Assembly (NCBI GenBank): GCA_964016885.1
Contig: OZ024765.1
Span: forward strand, 3,162,001 to 3,226,000
Direction: 5' to 3'
DNA length: 64,000 nt
Source: Eledone cirrhosa
Lineage: Eukaryota
The notes below the pieces were generated by a model. That model saw nothing but the letters and a program-made list of their open reading frames with translations. It had not been told where the DNA came from and searched no databases. Position numbers and translations under genes: made by a program. This document shows, in pieces, positions 23,358 to 36,100 of the stretch. Every line of letters starts with the position of its first letter. Positions within the stretch are counted from its first letter, which is position 1.

Positions 23358-23954
23358 CCGTGACAACTGGAAAGACGTGACAAATAAGGATACACTCTGC
23401 TCTCCTTATCAACATTGTCCGAGTCTGAGGACCTTTCCTCCCTGGTTAAGGAGTGAGATAAAATATTAGGGATCAATCTCTAGCAATAATTTCATTAAAT
23501 CATATTTAACCAGAGACTGTTATGTCGTGGTTGTTGCTATATTTTATAGTCGTGGTTTCAATGTTTAACAGGGGTTGTAGAATTAGCTTTATCTAATTAT
23601 TATCAAACAAAACAGATTTATATATTGTCGCCGTTGTACGTTAAAATCACATATATATTTATATACACACCAAGGATGGAGGGACGACGGAATTGAAAAC
23701 CATTATTGCTGAGTACATCACGGCAAGATCTAATACACACACACTCTCCCGTATATATTTAATAATCAGCTATGACCATGAAGAAGGTCCCTGTAGATCA
23801 TCTGGTTGTAGGATCTAATGAACCCGAAAGAAAGTGAAAATATATTTTATGAAAGCCCCAGAAGAATAAATGTAAACATTGACCCGATTATAGTAGAAAT
23901 AACAATGAGAAAGCCATGAACGCCAGCACATCTATTTTGCTTGGAAATTAAAAG

Positions 23955-24075
23955 TAGGTTTATAAATATTAATTTTTTCTTATGTTCTTGTATCTGTTTG
24001 GTAGGTGTTAGAGACTATGTAGACACTGATGTGGTGTTCAATCTCAGTCCGAATCTGTACTATATATTTTTAAAT
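23955..24075 (+). other. degenerate tRNA-like module P2 (one per unit)
   Basis: gtaggtttataaatattaattt...tggtaggtgttagagac...gttcaatctcagtc aligns with M1/M2 and their upstream flank; A box mostly deleted. Confidence 0.55.
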
Positions 24076-24097
24076 TAAAATTTTTCTCTAGTAAAGT

Positions 24098-24192
24098 AAA
24101 AAATGAAATTATTATCTATAGACTTTGACTGAAATCGAAACCCAGAGCAGGTTCTCCACCGTCTCTAATACCTACCATTAGGCCACGGAGAC
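24098..24192 (-). ncRNA. tRNA-like Pol III module M1 (one per unit)
   Basis: Minus strand GTCTCCGTGGCCTAATGGTAGG...GGGTTTCGATTTC; A box 24185-24175, variant B box 24141-24131, T6 terminator, TATAAATA at -34 to -27. Confidence 0.5.
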
Positions 24193-27100
24193 AGATATGA
24201 AAACAGTGTGTAAATTAATATTTATAAAGTTACTTTTTTATTTTTGTTTTATACTATAAAAAATATAATACGACACACTGCCAGTGATTGAACCCCGGAC
24301 CTGGACCTCCACCGGCTCTTATACTTACCACTAGGCTAAAGGGACGGTTACAGAAACTTATTTAAAAATTGATATTTATAAACCTACTTTTTCATTACTA
24401 GAAAAAACCGGAAGTGGAGAAAATTGAAAAACATCTTCTTTTTCTTCCTCTGATTTTTTTTTATCCAAAATTTGGATTTAAGTCAGAGACGAGTTATCGT
24501 TCGTGGCAAAAATCAGAGGAAGAAAAAGAAGAAGTTTTTCAATTTTCTCCACTTCCGGTTTTTTCTAGTATAGGTAAGTAAATATTAATTTTCAAAAAAT
24601 TTTTGTAACCGTCCCTGTGGCCTAATGGTAAGCACTAGAGACGGTGGAGATCCTGATTTAGGGTTCGATTTCCGTTAGCTTTTATACTAATAACTGCGTA
24701 TTTGTTTCTTTTATTAAGTAAGATTTGAACTAATAATGCTGTACTTTGTAGTAATGTCCCATATTATATTCAACATATTTTAATTAGAATTTTTTTTTTT
24801 TATAAAAGAAAGAACAAAAAACCTTATTGAAATTAAGAAATGAATTTTATTCAGTAAAGTTGTTTTTATTTTGTTTTCACTTCATTAACTGCTGAATACG
24901 TCTTTTGTTTTTGTTTTTGATTCTTTCTAACCATTGTTTACTGTGAATGGTGACTGCAACGAACCTGGATTATTACCAAGTTTCACTGGATGATTGTATT
25001 ATTTTGTTGTCAGTGGACATCTGGACATCTATCTAAATACCTGGAATAAACACAAGGTGTGTGTTTTACGTAACATTTCATTTTAATGTCTGATGTTCCT
25101 GTATTTCACATTTAAAATGTAACCAAAAATAAACAAGACAGGGACGCTACATCAAAATAAACCACACAGACGAGGTACGAATAATCTAAAATTAATTTTA
25201 ACAAACTATAAACGATGTTTAAAGAGAGACGAACATTAAAATAGGATTTCAAACAAACACGTAAACACAAAGACAATTACAGCCGCCATAATCTAATATC
25301 TGAAGATCAACATTTTTCACGATAGAAATAAAACTAAATATGTAAAGTTTAGTGGCCCCTGATTTACTTGCTTTTAATTTCATTTTGATAATCTGTATTC
25401 TGTAGACATATATTTATGATTTTAATGATGAAATTTCCTCTTGTCTTTAAAAGATTATTACTTATAAAAATTATAATAGTCACCTCCTCCTCTCGATTAA
25501 TATGTAGCTTACCCACAGGGGTTCCTCAATTGGGCGGTTTCAACTGTTGGGTGCGCGATGAGCAGCTGAACAGAAAATTGAGGGCCATTGGAAACTTTGG
25601 TGGCCGATATAGAATTTTGAGATTTAAGAAGGTATGCTACCCGAAAACCTATTCAAGGAATATATGCAAAGAACCTGAATAAATATCAGGAAGCTAATTG
25701 GGAAAATTAAACCAGGAACAAACATTTACGAAACATATTTGGTATACTTTGGAATATTTACTATACAGGTGGCTGCTGGAACATTTTTTCATGTGAATGT
25801 GGGAAATGACGCCAAAATATTTGGCAACCCTTGGCTTACACCTTACTAAATGTTCTGGAGACAAGCCTCTTCGCTATATATCATAGTTCTTCAATCCTTC
25901 CTCTTCCACAGTTGGTGAAGTATTTCGATTTGATATGACGATCGCAGAGTTAGATTTAGGACGTGGTGGCGTTCATGGGTTTCTTAGTGTTGTTACTAGA
26001 AAGGGTCGACTCTGTCTTTCACACTTCAGGTTTTTTCATGAATTAAATATCCATTTTCTTTCTGATCGGTCTAACAATGATTTCAACCTACAATGACTCC
26101 GTCTGTAATAATGTTCTCTTATTTGAAATATGCCATACCTAACTCCCGTGTCTGTGTGTGTGAAAAATATTCCAACTTAGAGCGACGTGCCCGTAAATTG
26201 TTTAGCCTGATTCCTATATATAGATAATGTGTAATATTTGAACCTTCATGGAGGGTCTTTGCCGTAATTTCCCGTAACTCCGACTAGAAGTCATTATGTA
26301 GTTTTTTCGTCCGTTAAAAATAATGATTAAAACAATTCTATATCCACAGTTATATACACCTCATCACATATTATATTATTTCCACCAATAACTACATTAT
26401 ATCCTTAAATATGACACCAAGACATATAATTTGTAAATAAAAGATAAAATATTAAAACCTCAATTTTTAAATAATTTTACCCCACCTTTGTGTTCTCAGT
26501 GTTTAGATTAACCCATAATTTTATGATTTTGGAGCATATAACTTATAGTACCAGTCATGTACTGGTATCAATTTAACGGATTGGTTCCTCCCCGCAAATT
26601 ACTTGACTTTTGCCTAAGTAAGACATACTCACAGAATGTATCGATGTATATGTATGAATGTTTATATATATTAGTATATTTCATGTTTACAATAATAATA
26701 GACAAACAATTTAATGATAATATGAAATGAAATTATTATTATTTATTAATAATATTTTTATTGTTTTCACTGCATTAACTTCTGAGTGTGACTTTGTTTT
26801 TCTTACTATTTTCTACTGTAAATGGCGGCTTAATTGGATTATTACTAAGGTTTACTGGATTGTGGTGTTTCTTTATTGTTTTATATTTCAATCAGTGGAC
26901 ATCAGGATAGCTTTCTATATACCTGGGATAAATGTAAACAGTACTGACTTTCATCTGCAGTTCAATGGTGATGTCTTCTTATATTTTCATTTACTTCTGC
27001 AATACTGTATATTGTAGTCTTTTCATTATTTTAAATATTTCTATCATGTCACTCGTTTGATATATCTCCCCGAAAGATATAGTTATTCAGAGCTTTACAT

Positions 27101-30100
27101 TGGAATAGTGTACTACTATTTAAATATTAGTCCTTTAAATATATATTTCAATCATGTCCCCCCCCCCCCCCTCTTAGATTTATCTCCTCTAAATTTGCAA
27201 TCCCTAAAGTTTAACATCTTTCTTTAGAAGACATAATTCTGGTGTTTTCTGTTTTGTTCTTTTCTGGATTCCTTCAATAGCTTCTCCGTATTTTCTGAAG
27301 TCGTCTGACCATGCCCCCAAAACAATATTCTAGGTCGTATCACACATATCATTCAACTAGTGTTTTAGACCTCTCGACATTTAGCTAGGCAAAGGAATGT
27401 TTTATTATTCCTATCATCTGAATTCCTTTTTTTTCTTCAACATGTTTAGCCATCTTTAAAATCATATTCATACATATTCACAATTCCTCGTGGAGGGGTA
27501 TAAGAGACATGTATAAATATAGCTGCATATTACTACAAAATAACTTGAACCATATCGCGAAACATTTTGTAAAGTATCTCTGTAATTATTCTCATTTCGA
27601 TTTTCTGTAGAATGTATTGACGTTTAAGATAGAGACAATTGCCCTTCTTCTAATAATCTCTTTGTCCATTCCATGTTTAGTCTCACAAAATATTGTTAAT
27701 GCAAGATTTTGCTCTAATGTAATAAATGTTACTTTTAAAAGACCGAAGTTCTCAATTTTCTTCTTTCTCTTGTATATTGATATCTAAAGGATGACAAATG
27801 TATGAATTATGTGATAGGGAGGAAAAAAAAGCCACGACCTTCTTCTCTCGTTACAGAAGGCTAACTGACAACGTCTTTCGCAGGAGTGACTAGTACTACT
27901 GCCTTTTATATACCGTGACAACTGGAAAGACGTGACAAATAAGGATACACTCTGCTCTCCTTATCAACATTGTCCGAGTCTGAGGACCTTTCCTCCCTGG
28001 TTAAGGAGTGAGATAAAATATTAGGGATCAATCTCTAGCAATAATTTCATTAAATCATATTTAACCAGAGACTGTTATGTCGTGGTTGTTGCTATATTTT
28101 ATAGTCGTGGTTTCAATGTTTAACAGGGGTTGTAGAATTAGCTTTATCTAATTATTATCAAACAAAACAGATTTATATATTGTCGCCGTTGTACGTTAAA
28201 ATCACATATATATTTATATACACACCAAGGATGGAGGGACGACGGAATTGAAAACCATTATTGCTGAGTACATCACGGCAAGATCTAATACACACACACT
28301 CTCCCGTATATATTTAATAATCAGCTATGACCATGAAGAAGGTCCCTGTAGATCATCTGGTTGTAGGATCTAATGAACCCGAAAGAAAGTGAAAATATAT
28401 TTTATGAAAGCCCCAGAAGAATAAATGTAAACATTGACCCGATTATAGTAGAAATAACAATGAGAAAGCCATGAACGCCAGCACATCTATTTTGCTTGGA
28501 AATTAAAAGTAGGTTTATAAATATTAATTTTTTCTTATGTTCTTGTATCTGTTTGGTAGGTGTTAGAGACTATGTAGACACTGATGTGGTGTTCAATCTC
28601 AGTCCGAATCTGTACTATATATTTTTAAATTAAAATTTTTCTCTAGTAAAGTAAAAAATGAAATTATTATCTATAGACTTTGACTGAAATCGAAACCCAG
28701 AGCAGGTTCTCCACCGTCTCTAATACCTACCATTAGGCCACGGAGACAGATATGAAAACAGTGTGTAAATTAATATTTATAAAGTTACTTTTTTATTTTT
28801 GTTTTATACTATAAAAAATATAATACGACACACTGCCAGTGATTGAACCCCGGACCTGGACCTCCACCGGCTCTTATACTTACCACTAGGCTAAAGGGAC
28901 GGTTACAGAAACTTACTTAAAAATTGATATTTATAAACCTACTTTTTCATTACTAGAAAAAACCGGAAGTGGAGAAAATTGAAAAACATCTTCTTTTTCT
29001 TCCTCTGATTTTTTTTTATCCAAAATTTGGATTTAAGTCAGAGACGAGTTATCGTTCGTGGCAAAAATCAGAGGAAGAAAAAGAAGAAGTTTTTCAATTT
29101 TCTCCACTTCCGGTTTTTTCTAGTATAGGTAAGTAAATATTAATTTTCAAAAAATTTTTGTAACCGTCCCTGTGGCCTAATGGTAAGCACTAGAGACGGT
29201 GGAGATCCTGATTTAGGGTTCGATTTCCGTTAGCTTTTATACTAATAACTGCGTATTTGTTTCTTTTATTAAGTAAGATTTGAACTAATAATGCTGTACT
29301 TTGTAGTAATGTCCCATATTATATTCAACATATTTTAATTAGAATTTTTTTTTTTTATAAAAGAAAGAACAAAAAACCTTATTGAAATTAAGAAATGAAT
29401 TTTATTCAGTAAAGTTGTTTTTATTTTGTTTTCACTTCATTAACTGCTGAATACGTCTTTTGTTTTTGTTTTTGATTCTTTCTAACCATTGTTTACTGTG
29501 AATGGTGACTGCAACGAACCTGGATTATTACCAAGTTTCACTGGATGATTGTATTATTTTGTTGTCAGTGGACATCTGGACATCTATCTAAATACCTGGA
29601 ATAAACACAAGGTGTGTGTTTTACGTAACATTTCATTTTAATGTCTGATGTTCCTGTATTTCACATTTAAAATGTAACCAAAAATAAACAAGACAGGGAC
29701 GCTACATCAAAATAAACCACACAGACGAGGTACGAATAATCTAAAATTAATTTTAACAAACTATAAACGATGTTTAAAGAGAGACGAACATTAAAATAGG
29801 ATTTCAAACAAACACGTAAACACAAAGACAATTACAGCCGCCATAATCTAATATCTGAAGATCAACATTTTTCACGATAGAAATAAAACTAAATATGTAA
29901 AGTTTAGTGGCCCCTGATTTACTTGCTTTTAATTTCATTTTGATAATCTGTATTCTGTAGACATATATTTATGATTTTAATGATGAAATTTCCTCTTGTC
30001 TTTAAAAGATTATTACTTATAAAAATTATAATAGTCACCTCCTCCTCTCGATTAATATGTAGCTTACCCACAGGGGTTCCTCAATTGGGCGGTTTCAACT

Positions 30101-33100
30101 GTTGGGTGCGCGATGAGCAGCTGAACAGAAAATTGAGGGCCATTGGAAACTTTGGTGGCCGATATAGAATTTTGAGATTTAAGAAGGTATGCTACCCGAA
30201 AACCTATTCAAGGAATATATGCAAAGAACCTGAATAAATATCAGGAAGCTAATTGGGAAAATTAAACCAGGAACAAACATTTACGAAACATATTTGGTAT
30301 ACTTTGGAATATTTACTATACAGGTGGCTGCTGGAACATTTTTTCATGTGAATGTGGGAAATGACGCCAAAATATTTGGCAACCCTTGGCTTACACCTTA
30401 CTAAATGTTCTGGAGACAAACCTCTTCGCTATATATCATAGTTCTTCAATCCTTCCTCTTCCACAGTTGGTGAAGTATTTCGATTTGATATGACGATCGC
30501 AGAGTTAGATTTAGGACGTGGTGGCGTTCATGGGTTTCTTAGTGTTGTTACTAGAAAGGGTCGACTCTGTCTTTCACACTTCAGGTTTTTTCATGAATTA
30601 AATATCCATTTTCTTTCTGATCGGTCTAACAATGATTTCAACCTACAATGACTCCGTCTGTAATAATGTTCTCTTATTTGAAATATGCCATACCTAACTC
30701 CCGTGTCTGTGTGTGTGAAAAATATTCCAACTTAGAGCGACGTGCCCGTAAATTGTTTAGCCTGATTCCTATATATAGATAATGTGTAATATTTGAACCT
30801 TCATGGAGGGTCTTTGCCGTAATTTCCCGTAACTCCGACTAGAAGTCATTATGTAGTTTTTTCGTCCGTTAAAAATAATGATTAAAACAATTCTATATCC
30901 ACAGTTATATACACCTCATCACATATTATATTATTTCCACCAATAACTACATTATATCCTTAAATATGACACCAAGACATATAATTTGTAAATAAAAGAT
31001 AAAATATTAAAACCTCAATTTTTAAATAATTTTACCCCACCTTTGTGTTCTCAGTGTTTAGATTAACCCATAATTTTATGATTTTGGAGCATATAACTTA
31101 TAGTACCAGTCATGTACTGGTATCAATTTAACGGATTGGTTCCTCCCCGCAAATTACTTGACTTTTGCCTAAGTAAGACATACTCACAGAATGTATCGAT
31201 GTATATGTATGAATGTTTATATATATTAGTATATTTCATGTTTACAATAATAATAGACAAACAATTTAATGATAATATGAAATGAAATTATTATTATTTA
31301 TTAATAATATTTTTATTGTTTTCACTGCATTAACTTCTGAGTGTGACTTTGTTTTTCTTACTATTTTCTACTGTAAATGGCGGCTTAATTGGATTATTAC
31401 TAAGGTTTACTGGATTGTGGTGTTTCTTTATTGTTTTATATTTCAATCAGTGGACATCAGGATAGCTTTCTATATACCTGGGATAAATGTAAACAGTACT
31501 GACTTTCATCTGCAGTTCAATGGTGATGTCTTCTTATATTTTCATTTACTTCTGCAATACTGTATATTGTAGTCTTTTCATTATTTTAAATATTTCTATC
31601 ATGTCACTCGTTTGATATATCTCCCCGAAAGATATAGTTATTCAGAGCTTTACATTGGAATAGTGTACTACTATTTAAATATTAGTCCTTTAAATATATA
31701 TTTCAATCATGTCCCCCCCCCCCCCCTCTTAGATTTATCTCCTCTAAATTTGCAATCCCTAAAGTTTAACATCTTTCTTTAGAAGACAGATTTCTTAATA
31801 ATTCTGGTGTTTTCTCTTTTGTTCTTTTCTGGATTCCTTCAATAGCTTCTCCGTATTTTCTGAAGTCGTCTGACCATGCCCCCAAAACAATATTCTAGGT
31901 CGTATCACACATATCATTCAACTAGTGTTTTAGACCTCTCGACATTTAGCTAGGCAAAGGAATGTTTTATTATTCCTATCATCTGAATTCCTTTTTTTTC
32001 TTCAACATGTTTAGCCATCTTTAAAATCATATTCATACATATTCACAATTCCTCGTGGAGGGGTATAAGAGACATGTATAAATATAGCTGCATATTACTA
32101 CAAAATAACTTGAACCATATCGCGAAACATTTTGTAAAGTATCTCTGTAATTATTCTCATTTCGATTTTCTGTAGAATGTATTGACGTTTAAGATAGAGA
32201 CAATTGCCCTTCTTCTAATAATCTCTTTGTCCATTCCATGTTTAGTCTCACAAAATATTGTTAATGCAAGATTTTGCTCTAATGTAATAAATGTTACTTT
32301 TAAAAGACCGAAGTTCTCAATTTTCTTCTTTCTCTTGTATATTGATATCTAAAGGATGACAAATGTATGAATTATGTGATAGGGAGGAAAAAAAAGCCAC
32401 GACCTTCTTCTCTCGTTACAGAAGGCTAACTGACAACGTCTTTCGCAGGAGTGACTAGTACTACTGCCTTTTATATACCGTGACAACTGGAAAGACGTGA
32501 CAAATAAGGATACACTCTGCTCTCCTTATCAACATTGTCCGAGTCTGAGGACCTTTCCTCCCTGGTTAAGGAGTGAGATAAAATATTAGGGATCAATCTC
32601 TAGCAATAATTTCATTAAATCATATTTAACCAGAGACTGTTATGTCGTGGTTGTTGCTATATTTTATAGTCGTGGTTTCAATGTTTAACAGGGGTTGTCT
32701 AATTATTATCAAACAAAACAGATTTATATATTGTCGCCGTTGTACGTTAAAATCACATATATATTTATATACACACCAAGGATGGAGGGACGACGGAATT
32801 GAAAACCATTATTGCTGAGTACATCACGGCAAGATCTAATACACACACACTCTCCCGTATATATTTAATAATCAGCTATGACCATGAAGAAGGTCCCTGT
32901 AGATCATCTGGTTGTAGGATCTAATGAACCCGAAAGAAAGTGAAAATATATTTTATGAAAGCCCCAGAAGAATAAATGTAAACATTGACCCGATTATAGT
33001 AGAAATAACAATGAGAAAGCCATGAACGCCAGCACATCTATTTTGCTTGGAAATTAAAAGTAGGTTTATAAATATTAATTTTTTCTTATGTTCTTGTATC

Positions 33101-36100
33101 TGTTTGGTAGGTGTTAGAGACTATGTAGACACTGATGTGGTGTTCAATCTCAGTCCGAATCTGTACTATATATTTTTAAATTAAAATTTTTCTCTAGTAA
33201 AGTAAAAAATGAAATTATTATCTATAGACTTTGACTGAAATCGAAACCCAGAGCAGGTTCTCCACCGTCTCTAATACCTACCATTAGGCCACGGAGACAG
33301 ATATGAAAACAGTGTGTAAATTAATATTTATAAAGTTACTTTTTTATTTTTGTTTTATACTATAAAAAATATAATACGACACACTGCCAGTGATTGAACC
33401 CCGGACCTGGACCTCCACCGGCTCTTATACTTACCACTAGGCTAAAGGGACGGTTACAGAAACTTACTTAAAAATTGATATTTATAAACCTACTTTTTCA
33501 TTACTAGAAAAAACCGGAAGTGGAGAAAATTGAAAAACATCTTCTTTTTCTTCCTCTGATTTTTTTTTATCCAAAATTTGGATTTAAGTCAGAGACGAGT
33601 TATCGTTCGTGGCAAAAATCAGAGGAAGAAAAAGAAGAAGTTTTTCAATTTTCTCCACTTCCGGTTTTTTCTAGTATAGGTAAGTAAATATTAATTTTCA
33701 AAAAATTTTTGTAACCGTCCCTGTGGCCTAATGGTAAGCACTAGAGACGGTGGAGATCCTGATTTAGGGTTCGATTTCCGTTAGCTTTTATACTAATAAC
33801 TGCGTATTTGTTTCTTTTATTAAGTAAGATTTGAACTAATAATGCTGTACTTTGTAGTAATGTCCCATATTATATTCAACATATTTTAATTAGAATTTTT
33901 TTTTTTATAAAAGAAAGAACAAAAAACCTTATTGAAATTAAGAAATGAATTTTATTCAGTAAAGTTGTTTTTATTTTGTTTTCACTTCATTAACTGCTGA
34001 ATACGTCTTTTGTTTTTGTTTTTGATTCTTTCTAACCATTGTTTACTGTGAATGGTGACTGCAACGAACCTGGATTATTACCAAGTTTCACTGGATGATT
34101 GTATTATTTTCTTGTCAGTGGACATCTGGACATCTATCTAAATACCTGGAATAAACACAAGGTGTGTGTTTTACGTAACATTTCATTTTAATGTCTGATG
34201 TTCCTGTATTTCACATTTAAAATGTAACCAAAAATAAACAAGACAGGGACGCTACATCAAAATAAACCACACAGACGAGGTACGAATAATCTAAAATTAA
34301 TTTTAACAAACTATAAACGATGTTTAAAGAGAGACGAACATTAAAATAGGATTTCAAACAAACACGTAAACACAAAGACAATTACAGCCGCCATAATCTA
34401 ATATCTGAAGATCAACATTTTTCACGATAGAAATAAAACTAAATATGTAAAGTTTAGTGGCCCCTGATTTACTTGCTTTTAATTTCATTTTGATAATCTG
34501 TATTCTGTAGACATATATTTATGATTTTAATGATGAAATTTCCTCTTGTCTTTAAAAGATTATTACTTATAAAAATTATAATAGTCACCTCCTCCTCTCG
34601 ATTAATATGTAGCTTACCCACAGGGGTTCCTCAATTGGGCGGTTTCAACTGTTGGGTGCGCGATGAGCAGCTGAACAGAAAATTGAGGGCCATTGGAAAC
34701 TTTGGTGGCCGATATAGAATTTTGAGATTTAAGAAGGTATGCTACCCGAAAACCTATTCAAGGAATATATGCAAAGAACCTGAATAAATATCAGGAAGCT
34801 AATTGGGAAAATTAAACCAGGAACAAACATTTACGAAACATATTTGGTATACTTTGGAATATTTACTATACAGGTGGCTGCTGGAACATTTTTTCATGTG
34901 AATGTGGGAAATGACGCCAAAATATTTGGCAACCCTTGGCTTACACCTTACTAAATGTTCTGGAGACAAGCCTCTTCGCTATATATCATAGTTCTTCAAT
35001 CCTTCCTCTTCCACAGTTGGTGAAGTATTTCGATTTGATATGACGATCGCAGAGTTAGATTTAGGACGTGGTGGCGTTCATGGGTTTCTTAGTGTTGTTA
35101 CTAGAAAGGGTCGACTCTGTCTTTCACACTTCAGGTTTTTTCATGAATTAAATATCCATTTTCTTTCTGATCGGTCTAACAATGATTTCAACCTACAATG
35201 ACTCCGTCTGTAATAATGTTCTCTTATTTGAAATATGCCATACCTAACTCCCGTGTCTGTGTGTGTGAAAAATATTCCAACTTAGAGCGACGTGCCCGTA
35301 AATTGTTTAGCCTGATTCCTATATATAGATAATGTGTAATATTTGAACCTTCATGGAGGGTCTTTGCCGTAATTTCCCGTAACTCCGACTAGAAGTCATT
35401 ATGTAGTTTTTTCGTCCGTTAAAAATAATGATTAAAACAATTCTATATCCACAGTTATATACACCTCATCACATATTATATTATTTCCACCAATAACTAC
35501 ATTATATCCTTAAATATGACACCAAGACATATAATTTGTAAATAAAAGATAAAATATTAAAACCTCAATTTTTAAATAATTTTACCCCACCTTTGTGTTC
35601 TCAGTGTTTAGATTAACCCATAATTTTATGATTTGGGAGCATATAACTTATAGTACCAGTCATGTACTGGTATCAATTTAACGGATTGGTTCCTCCCCGC
35701 AAATTACTTGACTTTTGCCTAAGTAAGACATACTCACAGAATGTATCGATGTATATGTATGAATGTTTATATATATTAGTATATTTCATGTTTACAATAA
35801 TAATAGACAAACAATTTAATGATAATATGAAATGAAATTATTATTATTTATTAATAATATTTTTATTGTTTTCACTGCATTAACTTCTGAGTGTGACTTT
35901 GTTTTTCTTACTATTTTCTACTGTAAATGGCGGCTTAATTGGATTATTACTAAGGTTTACTGGATTGTGGTGTTTCTTTATTGTTTTATATTTCAATCAG
36001 TGGACATCAGGATAGCTTTCTATATACCTGGGATAAATGTAAACAGTACTGACTTTCATCTGCAGTTCAATGGTGATGTCTTCTTATATTTTCATTTACT

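Noticed and set aside
19649-24214. Endogenous parvovirus/densovirus concatemer (4.5-kb unit with branched hairpin)
   Set aside because: No NS1/Rep or capsid ORF or motifs; the unit contains host LINE and SINE relics.
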